Positions 37,782 to 50,099 of a DNA stretch of 64,000 nt are shown piece after piece; within the stretch, counting starts at the first letter, position 1, and every line of letters starts with the position of its first letter. The position numbers were made by a program, and so were the translations under genes. The stretch comes from Octopus vulgaris (taxonomy: Eukaryota): NCBI GenBank assembly GCA_951406725.2, contig OX597825.1:45818001-45882000 (forward strand). Direction: 5' to 3'. The notes below the pieces were generated by a model, which saw only the letters and a list, made by a program, of their open reading frames with translations, searched no databases and had not been told where the DNA came from.

Positions 37782-40700
37782 ATGGCAGTTCACGTTGGAT
37801 GTTTAAATGTGCGTGGCCTGACGGCGGGATAGAAGCAAGGTCGCTTCTTAAACGACGTCAGGTCACATAATTTGGATGTCATTGTTGCTACTGAAACCCG
37901 GTTAAAGGGGTCAAGAGGACTGCTCCCACTCCTGGACGGATACGAGAAATTTGTTTCTCCAGGTCCGCCGGCAGGTTGGGATGGGGTGTTGGTCCTACTA
38001 AAAAGAAACCGGGTTTCAGAGAAGAAGTTAATTTTTTTGGACCCAGAAGGTAGGCTGGTTGTCTTGGACTTGACTTTCAGTTGCGGTAAGAAAATCAGAC
38101 TGGTGGCAATTTACGCCCCCCCCCCACAATGGTCAGTCTGAGTATTTCCGAGACCTAGAGAAGTTTCTTGGTACGGCGTACCCATTAGTTTTATTAGGGG
38201 ACTTTAATGTTATTCAAGATGCGCGCGTGGATAATGTTGGCTCGAACCCAAATAGGATACCTATTGCCGGCTTCCGGGATCTACTAAGTCGCTTTCAGTT
38301 AGTAGATCCATACAGACTTGAATTCCCGAACACCCCAATGTGGACATGGTTAAGTGGTGACAGGTCTTTTAAGTCCTATATAGATAGCATTCTAATTAGA
38401 GAAACAGATAGATCCATAGCTAAATGTCCACAGTTCCACTTGGTCAGCTACAGTGTTCATAAATTGGTCCCTTGTAAGCTGAACCTAGATAAGTTACAGA
38501 GTAGAGGATCCGGTTACTGGAAGCTCAATAAGTCCCATTTGGCGAACGAAGAGTACAAAAGCCGGATTAAGTTACTGATACAGAGGGTTTTAACAGGTAC
38601 CATCATTAATAATAAATGGTGGTACGTCCTCAAAAGAGCCATTAAATTTGAGTTTGTTAGATATAGCATAGGTTTAGTGGCTAGAGAGCGTAAGAGGGAA
38701 CTAGAACTGGTTAAGGAATTAGAAGAATTTGACTGGTAGTGCTGCTCAGGCGAAGGCTAAGAGACTGGAATTAAACCAGCACCTCGAGGCCAAACACATG
38801 GGATGCATTATCAGGGCTAGACTTCGTGCAATGGGGAGTGAGGGGATCAATGCCGCTGGATGGGCTCGGGTGGTGGAAACCCAACGTGGAAATGATTCCA
38901 CAATTCGATCTGTGGCGAGATTGTGAACGAACCCGATGAGATGTGTCAGGCTTTTCAGGAGCACTTTGCACAGCTTTTCGGGAGGGGCGATGGACCGGAT
39001 GATAGGTTGGACCTTTCGGACTTCCTTACCGGGCTGCCGCATCTCTCGGGGCAGGATGCTGAGTGCTGTGAAGGTCCGATAACACCTCAGGAGGTGAGAG
39101 AGGCTATAACGGACTGTAAAGCTGGTAGGGCACCGGGACTTGATGGTTTGCCTTATGAATTGTACAAAAGTATGCCAGACTTGTTTGGGCAAATTCTGGC
39201 CGGGGTTTACGCTAACTGGCAGCAGAATGGGTCGATTCCCAGATCTGTACGCAGGGGAGTGGTGACTCTGGTCAGGAAGGACCCAAACAAGGGAGATAAG
39301 ATAGATAACTTTAGGCCCATCACTCTGTTAAATGCAGAGGGGAAGATTTTGGCCAAGGTACTAGCAAAAAGATTGGGGCGGGTCACGAATACTCTGATCG
39401 GCAAGGCACAAACCTGTGCCGTCTCCGGCAGAAGCATTCAGGACAATCTCCATCTTATACGCTATACCATAGAAGGGTTTGGTAGTGACTCTGGCAAAGG
39501 TGGGGCTTTGGTCCATTTAGACCAGTCAAAAGCATTCGATAGGGTTGACCATCGATACCTGGTGTCCATGCTGGCACAGTTCGGGCTGGGTCTTGGCTTC
39601 CTTAGGTGGATAATCCAATTATACGATAACATCGATTCGATCGTTCGGGTGAACGGCTTTCTTTCTAGGCCGTTCTCTATTAAGCGCTCGGTTCGCCAAG
39701 GATGTCCACTCTCGCCACTTTTGTATGTGATGGCCCTAGAGCCGTTACTGCGAAAGTTGAGCGGCATCCCGAGGGGGCCGGCTGTTGGAGAGTCGGTTTC
39801 AGCATATGCGGATGACATCACCATTATTGTAACCAAGATGGAACACCTACAGAGGATAAGTGAAACCATTAAGGTTTACGAGACGGTGGCAGGAGCAAAG
39901 ATTAACCGGGAAAAGTCAGTCGGCTTGCAACTCGGCACCTGGAGGGGTAAGTCGATGCCTTTGGATAACGTCGTGGGACGTTGGACGGAGGGCCCGGTTA
40001 AGCTGCTAGGGGTATGGTTTGGACCAGACCTCCAGGTAGAAAAGAACTGGGCAGAGGTATTGAGCAAGGTGACCTGCATAGTCAAGACCTGGTCTTGGCG
40101 GTGGCTATCCTTGAAAGGGAGGGCGGAGGTGGCCAATGTGTTTATCGCATCGGTCATCATTTACCGCCTAACCGTCGTGCCCTGTCCCGGTTCGTGTTTG
40201 AGCAAGCTGGAGAGGCAGATCTTCCGCTTTTTGTGGAAGGGCACCACTCCCCTCGTGAGGCGTTCTATCTGCTGCCAGAAGCCGTTGAATGGAGGACTGG
40301 GGATACCTTGGCTGTTGATGCGCAAACATGCGCTGAGGTTGAGGCATCTCTGGCTACTCCTGAATGGTGAACAGGTGTGGTCTCCGCTCGCGAAATTGAT
40401 GTTTCCCAGGTTCATTAGTTTTAGTGGACAAGAAAGCTGGTTCCTTCGTAGATCGAGGTTGGGTACATGGTTTACGGAGTGCCGTAAAGCACTCCCACAG
40501 TTCCATCGCTCGGGTAATGCTAGCGGTTTTGGTACCACCACATTTTTCTATAGCAGGTTGGTAGAGGCTGGGAACGACGATACCCTAGAGGAAACCCTAG
40601 GTCTCGGAGATAACCAGTTACACAGTCTGTTCCGAAGGATATTCGGGCCGGGGTGTTTGGATAATTTCCAAAAATCCCTGGCCTGGCAATGTTACCGAGG

Positions 40701-41115
40701 AGCCTTACCCGTTCGGGATAAGCTCGCACGACACGGTCGAACCACCACTGCCGACTGTCCAATATGCGGGCGGGATAGGGAAACTGTCCTGCACGCTATT
40801 GTTCAGTGTTCGGGAGTGTCTGAAGTGTGGCTTTATGCAGAACATCTGCTGTCAGGTCCGGGAAGAGTACAGCTGTCGTTTGAGTCAATCGTAAAAATTG
40901 ACCCGCCGGATTTCCTCACGAAAGAAGGTAAGCAATGTTTTCTCGCAGTAGTAGCAATAGCGAAAGAGGTGGTATGGAAGTCGCGAATGAAAGGTTTGGC
41001 GACAGGCAACCTCATCTCCGGTCTCGGGTTGGTGAGATATTTTATCTTTCACCTTAAAAGGAAATTGAGGCTGGAAAGAAGATGCCTGTCAAAGAAAATG
41101 TTCAAAGAAAGATGA
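37782..41115 (+). pseudogene. Tx1 ORF2 (APE, RT, zinc finger); 5' part frameshifted, 730-aa RT part open
   Basis: MAVHVGCLNVRGL, LGDFN, RQGCPLSPLLY, AYADDI, CPICG..ETVLHAIVQC. Confidence 0.92.
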
Positions 41116-41641
41116 TTGCATGTTGCGAGGGTGCTGGGAATGAAAGATTCCTCGTGAACATGTCATAAGTCTGCATACAAAAGTTTCAGTAGGAGAATGG
41201 GGCTCATGAGGTCATAGCGTAAGCCATCTCTCTGCTTCATCTCATGTTTGTATTTCGTCCTTGTTGTATCTCATTCGATTTCATTCGATTTCATTATATT
41301 TTGTAAAATTTTACAAGTCATATAATCATTGTGTCTCTGACCCCAATCAGGCTGTATTTTCCCCCTCTATGTTTGGGCCCTTGTGGCTAATAAAGAAATT
41401 AGATGTAGAGGGTTTGTGGACACAGCGTGAGATGACTGTTGTTATCGCTAGGCCTAACTCATCGTAAAGTCAATACCACCATGACTGATATCCAATCTAC
41501 AGTGGAGAAGGCTAGCCACTGGATTTGGTTAAAAAGAGACGCGCGCATTCTCTCCTGATGACCCCATACACTTGCTGGCTTCCGGTATACGGAGCTTTAG
41601 ACTGGTAGCACCTGCATGTGCAAGTTGTTTGCAAGACATGG

Positions 41642-41790
41642 TTACGTCCTCGTAACCTAGCGGTTGGACAAAAGAGAATGATAGAATAAGTACTAGGCTT
41701 ACAAAGAATAAGTCCTGGGGTCGATTTGCTCGGCTAAAGGCGGTGCTCCAGCATGGCCACAGTCAAATGACTGAAACAAGTAAAAGAGTA
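41642..41790 (+). mobile_element. 3' tail of a SINE whose upstream part ends at 33928
   Basis: Matches 5872-6020 of the intact SINE; 33895-33928 matches the preceding segment. Confidence 0.75.
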
Positions 41791-41805
41791 GACGAACATA
41801 CATAC

Positions 41806-44800
41806 ATCATCATCATCATCATCATCATCATCGCCGCTTAACGTCCATTTTCCAAGCTAGCATGGGTTGGATAGTTCAATTGAGGTCTGGGAAGCCAGCA
41901 GCTGCACCTGGCTCAAATCTGATCTGGCAATGTTTCTACAGCTGGATGCCCTTCCTAATGCCAACCCTTCCGAGAGTGTAGTGTGGTATTTTTACGTGCC
42001 ACCAGCATAGGAGTCAGTCAGGTGACCCTGGCATTGATCACGTTCAGATAATGCTTTTTACGTGCCACTTGCATGAGAATCAGTCATGGTGTATTGGCAT
42101 TGGCCACATTTGGAAAGTGCATTTTACGTCCCACCAGCAGAAGAGCCAGTCTGGGGGCACTGGCATTGGCCCTATTTGCATGGTGCCTTTAATGTGCCAC
42201 TAGCATGGGAGACAGCCAGGGGGCGCTGGCATCAATCACGTTTGGATGGTACCTTTTATGTGCCACCAGAACAGGAGCCAGTCAGGGGGAACTGGCCACA
42301 GCTACGATTTTGGTTTTACTTGACTCAACAAGCCTTCTCAAACATATCACATTGCCCGACACATCAAGAGTACTTTTAAATGGGCTGGACATGCAACACT
42401 GGCATCGGCCATGACTGCGATCTCACTTCAGTTGCCAAGTTTTCTCAAACACAGCATATCTCCAAACGTCTTGGTCTCATGTCATTGTCTCTGTAAGGCC
42501 CAACGTTTGAAGGTCATGCTTCACCACCTCATCCCATGTCTTCCTGGGTTTGCCTCTTCCAAAGGTTCCTTCCACAGTCCATACGTAACACATGACCATA
42601 CCAGCACAGTCATCTCTCTTGCACAACACATTTGATGCTTTATATGTCCAACTTTTCTCACAGGGTGCTCACACTCTGCCGTGTATGCACACTGATATTA
42701 CACATCCAGCGGATTATACTAGCTTCATTTCTTTCAAGCCTACGCATATCCTTAGCTCATGTTTTACTACCTTGTAGCATGGCAGTTCACACACAAGCAT
42801 CATACAGTCTACCTTTCATCCTGAGCGAGAGGCCCTTAGTTGCCAGTAGAAGTAGGAGCTCCCTGAACTTTGCCCAGGCTATTCTTATTCTAGTCAATAC
42901 ACTCCCAGATTAACACCACCCCACTACAGATTCAGTTGTCTAGCTAGCAGAAGCTATTAACTACTTCTAATTTTTTCCTCTGGCATGTGATGGAATCTGT
43001 TTTCTATACATATTCAGTGTTTATTGCCCCTGTGCATCTTCCACACACAAAAAATATCTTCCTGATTAATCTTCCTTTGATATTGCTGCACCTTTTATGT
43101 GTCCCTAGCTTACACTGGGTACATCGTATGGAGTTTCTACCCATGCCTTTTCTACATATCGAGCAGGGCCATCTACTTGAAGGGGTTTGTGATTTGTCTG
43201 CTTTCCCACTTACTAAGAATTTGGTTTTTGCTAGGTTAACCCTAAGGCCCTTCGATTCTAGACCTTGCATCCACACCCTAGACTTCATCTCTAGTTCTGG
43301 CAGTGACTTTGCTATTGGAGCAAGGTCATCAGCATAGAGGAGCTCCCAGAGGCAGTCTGTCTTGAATTCCTTTGTTGTTGCCTGGAGGACTATAAGAGGG
43401 AGCTGAGGACTGATCCTTGGTGAACCCCTACTTCTACCTGGAATTTTTCACTATACTCATTGCCAACCCTCACCTTACTGACAGCATCCCTGTACTGGGC
43501 TTGTACAGCTCTTACCAGCCACTCGTTTATCCTCATTGTCTGTATTGGCCACCAGATAAGGGATTGGGCAACCCTGTCAAAGGCTTTCTCCAAGTGAACA
43601 AAAGCCAAGTACAGAGGTTTATCTTTGACTAGATATTTCTCCTGCAGTTGCCTAACCAGAAATATAGCATCAGTGGTGCTTCTACATTGCACCAAATCAA
43701 ATCAAACCAAACTACGTCTCATCTAGGCTAACTCTCTCCTTAATTAGTTGGGCTATGAGCCTCTCTGTAACTTACCTTCATCACCTGATCCAATAATTTG
43801 ATATCCCTGTAGTTATTTCTATCTAAAGCATCACTTTTACCCTTGTAGCAGTTGCCTATGGTGCTGTTACACCAGTCGTTGGGTATGACTCCTTCATGAA
43901 CTACCTAATTTACGATGTGGGTAACAAGACCATAACTCACACCGCCTGATATTTTAAGCATCTCAGCCGTGATTCCTGATGGGCCAGGTGCTTTCCCTGT
44001 CTTTATATCCTTAATTGCTTTATCTACCAGGGTACTGTCGATTCGGGTAGCTGGTTCCTCAATTGGGTCAACCTTTGGCAGACTCTCCTCCTCCCATTCA
44101 TTCTCCACATTCAGCAGTCTTTCATAATGGCATCTCCAAGCCTCTTTCTTTGCAGACTCATTAAATGCAAGGGCACCATCATCCATGCGGACACATTTCT
44201 CTCCTATGCCATCACGGTTTTCTTTTACACACTATCTTGCAATCCGGAATACTTCAGTTCTTTGGTCCTCACATCGCTGAACATAGGCAAACTTCCTTTC
44301 TGCTACTCACTTGGCTATATATACCTGTCTCCTAGCTTCCCTCCTGGCTATCTGATACAATGCCCTGCTATCCCAACTCTTCATGGCCTGTTTCGTTGCT
44401 CTTATGACCTTGTCTACATTATTGTTCCACCACCATGCTACCCAAGGTCTGAAAGGAACTTTGCACCAGCCAGATTTGGTCTGTGGCACTCAGTAGCTGT
44501 CTCGCAGGAATTCCCAGCTGCATTCTATGTCACAGGACTGTAGATCCTCCTCCCTCTCATCAAATTTCTCGGTAAGGATATCCCTAAATCTCTGACCATG
44601 GACTTAAGCTTCCAAGTCCTTCTTTTCCAGATTGGTCTGCTTTTTGGCATCCTTCTGGCCTCTAGTATAAAGTCACTAATAACTAGTTTACGCTGGGGGT
44701 TACATTCTTCACCAGGGAAAGCCTTTGTATTTAAAAGCAACCATGCATCCTGCTGTCTAGTGAGAATGAAATCAATTTGGCTAGCAGAGTCACCAGTTTG

Positions 44801-45265
44801 ATAGGTTATCAGGTGGCTAGCTGGCTTCCTGAAGTTGGTGTTGCAGATCAATAGGCTATTTGCTTCACAGAACTCCAGGAACCTAGTTCTCTCTTCATTT
44901 CTGGTACCAATTCCATAGCCCCCATGTACAGCATGGAAAATACCAGGTTGTAGTCTGACATGCCCATTAAAATCTCCTGCCACAAAGATGAGATCATTGT
45001 CACTCATCCTTGAGGTAGCCTGCAGAAGAATATCATAAAAGTGGTCCTTCTGTACATTTGGTAAGCCTGCTTATGGGGTGTAGGCAGAGATAATTCCTAC
45101 ACCCCCTATTCCATCACTGTTACCTTCCCAGAAGACACTGGCTGAAGCTCCTCTCCATCTTTGTACGTAACAAACATCAACACATCTCCATTCAAGCATC
45201 TCTATAATCTTGCTAGACCTACCTTTCAATGTGCCTACATTTACAGTGCCAACTCTGAAAACTGG
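41806..45265 (-). mobile_element. RTE-clade LINE, degenerate, near full ORF, (GAT)n tail
   Basis: GTVNVGTLKG, AGDFNGHV, QIDFIL, GKAPGPSGI, LEKAFDRV, VHQGSVLS, Cys-rich WPCSIC..C..C...HKRC..CGRC. Confidence 0.88.
41991..42300. repeat. 66-bp degenerate tandem repeat (~4.7 units) in the RTE 3' UTR
   Basis: ttta(c/t)gtgccac units at 41991, 42057, 42123, 42189 and 42255. Confidence 0.8.
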
Positions 45266-47850
45266 GAAAAAGATATGAGAGGTAACACAGGAAGAAGAGA
45301 TGTTATTCAGCACCTGAAAAGAAGGTTCCCATGATCTTTTGGTAACAGACGTCATAATAGTTGTTCTTGCTTTTAACCTACTGTCATTCAAACATGTTAG
45401 AATTAAGGCTGTTGCCTCTACTGGGAGTGGGAGTAAGTAAGCATTGTATAAGAAAGTGTTTGGGGGTGTTGTAAATATAAGCATTATGAGCATTGTGGAT
45501 GTAAGCATTACTGATGGTGCAGATATAAATGTGGGAAAAAAAGGTAGAAGTATAAATATGCCAATGTTAAATAGGGTAAGTGGGCTGCTAACTGGTTTGG
45601 TTAGTTCAGAGAGGAGGAGAGAAAGGAAGGGCAGTGAGATTACCAATATAAGAAAGGGAGAGAGGAGAAGAGCAACTGGATGTCCGGTAAGAGAAACGAG
45701 GTTTCCGGTATTGGTGATAGGGCGGGAGAAGGTGGGCACAGCCATGAACAAGAGAGAGTCATTTTAGGGAGCAGAGCAAACAAGAAAGAATTATTTTAGA
45801 GAATAGTACGAAATATGTATATATATGTAGCCAAGAAACAAGGTTAGTAATGTTGTGAGCTAGGTGGGTTTGAATTGAATCAATGAGGTGATATGTGTGT
45901 GTATATATATATATGCTAGCGTTGCCGGGTCATAGTGCTAGTTTGGTATAAATTTGTTAAATTAAAAATTTGGGGTAATAAAACATACAATGACATATTA
46001 AAAAGACGAATTTCCAGAGAAAAATACATAGACGATAAATATACAAATTTACAAAAATACATAAAAGTTCATCTACCTTTCAATGTGCCTACATTTACAG
46101 GAGATGCGCCAATTAATATGAAACATATCATATATTTAAAATTGACACTCCCCTCGTCAGGATGTTTTTTACACACAACACATAGTACACGGAAACAAAT
46201 GCACAATTACATACCGGCTACATGCGAAAAACCAGACATTACGTACTCCCCAAAATTCTCATAAATACTGAATGCTACTTTATAAGCATATAATTCAATC
46301 TAGCAGCTATAGTAAATGGTATGCGCACAGCTCCATCTGGACTAATTCACTTCTGCACTCAATTAAATTTTTAATCTTTTAATTTCTCCCATTCATGCAA
46401 AGCCACATATTCGAGTTCAAGTCCTTGATACATTTTATACTAATTGCTATTTTTTCTTTTAATTGTTATATTACGATTTAATTACCATGCTTTAGTTTTA
46501 ATTACTACTTACTATATTTACTATATTTAATTCAATTGTTATTATTACCTCTAACTTTTATTGCTATTTTTATTTCTAAATTTCTTATGGAACGTCGAAT
46601 GGATCTTATGCGTATAATATATTTTTATATGATGTTTATATATTTATATATTACTATATATTTCTAAACGTCGGGCTTTATGTCTGTTCTGTAGATATAA
46701 ATGAATATATGAATATATGTATGTGTTTGATCTTTCTGTGGATTTTGTAGTGCTCTTGTAGTTGCTGCTCACATTGCCTCCCCTCGGATTAAAAAGTGTA
46801 TACAGCTCATTTGAGCACAACTATTCCAGTCTGTTATATATTTTGAGCGCTGTTGTCACTAACGATCTCAAGATATAACTTTATATTTTGTAATATATAT
46901 ATATACATATATACATCCATATACATACAATAGAGAGATGTTTTTGTTTCACTTTTAACACGTAATACTGAAATAGTGGAGAAGATATGATATTGCTGTG
47001 GGCTCGCTCTAGGCAAGAAGTTAAACATTTTTTTGTCCATGATACTACATGGACCCTAAGTAAGGCATATGTAAAATTTGAATGAAATTGGTTTTGTAGT
47101 TCTCAAGTTTTAGGGAAACACACAGACAGACACACATTCTCAGTTTTATATATATAGATATATATATATTTAACGGTTGAAATTATTTTGTAAACAATAT
47201 AATACGATATGTCGGTGACGAAAAGGATTTGTTTAACAAATACTGTGAGATGTGAAAGATAGACAATGCATGAAGTTTTAAGGAAATGTTTATTTACCGT
47301 TACGTCTTGACGGGCAGGTTTTGATACATCCAAAAGCATGCGAAGTAAAGTTTGTGTATGTGTCCTCTTCATTATTTAGTAGTAGTAATTACAGAGAGAG
47401 ATAGAATGATGTTGTAAGAGAACAGAATTGGAGCTAGTGAGAATTGTAGGGTGTTGTCTGACAGTAAACTTAATTTCTCCATCTGACCAAGGTCAGTCAG
47501 CCAGACTACGTTCTTACTGAGTTTGTCACCGACTGGTGACTAACTGCGTTGAGTCGTCAGAACTGTGACGAACTGATTTTTGCTTGGAGTGTGTTTGCTT
47601 ATATAAAGATGCAGCAGGATAGATATATCATTGAGAACAATAGTTGGTGGTCTTGTTATCTCTATTATAGCTTTTGGTGAAGTAGAAGAGGTTAGAAAGG
47701 GTCAAGTAGCGAAGACATTATTTCGGCCTAGCTAAAGACATCTGGAAAATGTAAAACTGCTGTTAGAGAAAAACCATTGTTCTACCATGGGAACAGTTCT
47801 GGTGCAGCGTTAATTTAAATTTGGCTATGGTGGATCCACTACATATATAC

Positions 47851-47928
<78 letters not shown>

Positions 47929-48252
47929 CGGGAAGGTTTACGAAAATAAACAAAAGACGAAGGCAGGTTTGCGAAAACAAGAGACGAAGGCAGGTGGAGT
48001 ACAAACAAACAATGTATTAGTATGGCAATATATATATATATAATTAATATAGGATAAAATTTTTTTCGGGAAAAAAATTTTATCAATGGCCAGCATATCA
48101 AAAAATGCCTTTAAGGGTAAAATTTATACATAATTTACAAGATAAGGGCAGAAGAAAAATTCTAATGCCAAATATGCTGAAACAAAAAAAATTGTCGATA
48201 ACCATTATAATTTATGCGTCTCGAAACAAACCGATAGAAATCTCTAAAAAAT

Positions 48253-48327
48253 TCGTTATTACCGTATTGGTCCAATTTCAGGGTTAATTCATAAGAAATT
48301 TTCCCCTCTTCAGCGGCAAATACGCGA
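48253..48327 (-). ncRNA. Type I hammerhead ribozyme (array copy 1)
   Basis: gccg CTGAAGA gggg..ccct GAAA ttgg-a-ccaa TA cggt. Confidence 0.8.
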
Positions 48328-48625
48328 GATATAAATGAAATACTTACTCATACCCAAGGAAAAAGCAAGCACTAAGTCCCGAGCAGACTTAAGTACCCCA
48401 AATATATCCAAAATAGAAAAATCTTCGGCGCACCTCGAGACACGTGTGATTCGAACTAGAAACTTTCACAGTGATAGAATCCGGAAGTGAACACTAATCT
48501 ATTTATAATTAATATAGGATAAAATTTTTTTCGGGAAAAATTTTTTATCAATGGCCAGCATATCAAAAAATGCCTTTAAAGTGCTTGCTTTTTTCATGGG
48601 TATGAGTAAGTATTTCATTTATATC

Positions 48626-48700
48626 TCGCGTATTTGCCGCTGAAGAGGGGGAAATTTCTTATGAATTAACCCCGAAATTGGACCAATACGGTAATAACGA
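48626..48700 (+). ncRNA. Type I hammerhead ribozyme (array copy 2)
   Basis: CTGAAGA 48640-48646, helix II gggg/cccc, GAAA 48674-48677, helix III ATTGG/CCAAT; predicted cut after A48688. Confidence 0.85.
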
Positions 48701-49073
48701 ATTTTTTAGAGATTTCTATCGGTTTGTTTCGAGACGCATAAATTATAATGGTTATCGACAATTTTTTGTTTCGGCATATTTGGCATTAGAATTTTTCTTC
48801 TGCCCTTATCTTGTAAATTATGTATAAATTTTACCTTTAAAGGCATTTTTTGATATGCTGTCCATTGATAAAATTTTTATCGTATATTAATTATAAATAG
48901 ATTAGTGTTCACTTCAGGATTCTATCACTCTGTGAAAGTTTCTAGTTCGAATCACATGTGTCTCGAGATGTACCGAAGATTTTTCTATTTTGGATATATT
49001 TGGGGTACTTAAGTCTGCTCGGGACTTAGTGCTTGCTTTTTCCTTGGGTATGAGTAAGTATTTCATTTATATC

Positions 49074-49148
49074 TCGCGTATTTGCCGCTGAAGAGGGGAA
49101 AATTTCTTATGAATTAACCCCGAAATTGGACCAATACGGTAATAACGA
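49074..49148 (+). ncRNA. Type I hammerhead ribozyme (array copy 3)
   Basis: CTGAAGA 49088-49094, GAAA 49122-49125; predicted cut after A49136. Confidence 0.85.
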
Positions 49149-49264
49149 ATTTTTTAGAGATTTCTATCGGTTTGTTTTCGAGACGCATAAATTATAATGG
49201 TTATCGACAATTTTTTGTTTCGGCATATTTGGCATTAGAATTTTTTCTTCTGCCCTTATCTTGT

Positions 49265-49328
<64 letters not shown>

Positions 49329-49854
49329 GTATGAGCAAAACGCTCCCCCCGGCCAATGGATGGTGCTGAATCATATCTGCTGAATAAAAAGCAATCAGTG
49401 GTTTCTTTTCATTAAAAAATAATTAAACATGCCTTTATTTCAATAAAATTTTGGGTTTTGTTAATCGAAGTTAAAGCAAAAAAAAAAACTTCTTGAAAAA
49501 CTAAATAGTCTTCATGCCAAGTTTGAAGAAAATATCTCTTTTGCATCTTACTTTTTTGGTCTCTTAAATATACTGCATTTTGTGGCATTATTTCAAGCCA
49601 GCCGGCCTTTTTTGCGCAAACTGCATGTGCATTTTTCTCACGTACACGTAGTATCTATCGCAACAGCTGATGTACTTGCACGTACAAATGCACGTTCCCA
49701 CGGGTTTATCGATCGCATTCTCACCTGGAATCGATTTTTGTAATTTTTTCAAGATACCGTCGTATCTACATATCAAATTTGAGCACAATCGGATGGAGGA
49801 TGCCTGAGATCCTAGAAGACACACACACAGACAGACAGAACGGATTTTATATAG

Positions 49855-49911
<57 letters not shown>

Positions 49912-50099
49912 GAAATAGGTTTCAAAGAGAAAAACTATATGTGGTAGATATATTGGGAAAGTAAGAAGAAAAAGCGAAAATGTACATTGGAGATAAAAAA
50001 TAAAGGCTTTTTAATGAAAAGTAATGATAAACATATACAATTAGATGAAATGAGGTAGAATTAAGAGGAATAAAAGTCATTATTTTGAATTGTTAAAGA

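Larger units (their letters stand above)
36579..41401 (+). mobile_element. Tx1/L1-clade LINE (copy 2), near full length
   Basis: ORF1, ORF2, 3' end aataaagaaatt; TSD gatgt at 36574-36578 / 41402-41406. Confidence 0.92.
33929..41641 (+). mobile_element. HERO-like RLE LINE, internally deleted and split by Tx1 copy 2
   Basis: VWLDLANAYGSVPH, GIAAGCTIS, AFMDD, C.CG....LKHILSNC..RYTWRHN, ELTVPHE, PIEVGC (to 36578) | RGF..EKASHWIWLKR (41407-41558). Confidence 0.88.
48038..49271. mobile_element. Non-coding inverted+tandem array of a ~450-465 bp hammerhead-bearing unit (non-autonomous Penelope-like / retrozyme-like)
   Basis: Minus segment 48038-48579 (period 465), plus segment 48580-49271 (period 448); (TA)n on both flanks. 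Confidence 0.85.

Noticed and set aside
41991-42300. Regularly spaced repeats resembling a CRISPR array
   Set aside because: Whole 66-bp units are homologous with no unique spacers; they lie in a LINE 3' UTR with no cas genes
45071-45767. 226-aa and 107-aa overlapping ORFs
   Set aside because: Low-complexity sequence; only the portion near 45100-45265 is recognisable, as the RTE endonuclease start
47170-47843. Possible solo LTR ending ...tccactaca
   Set aside because: No matching left terminus or TSD found
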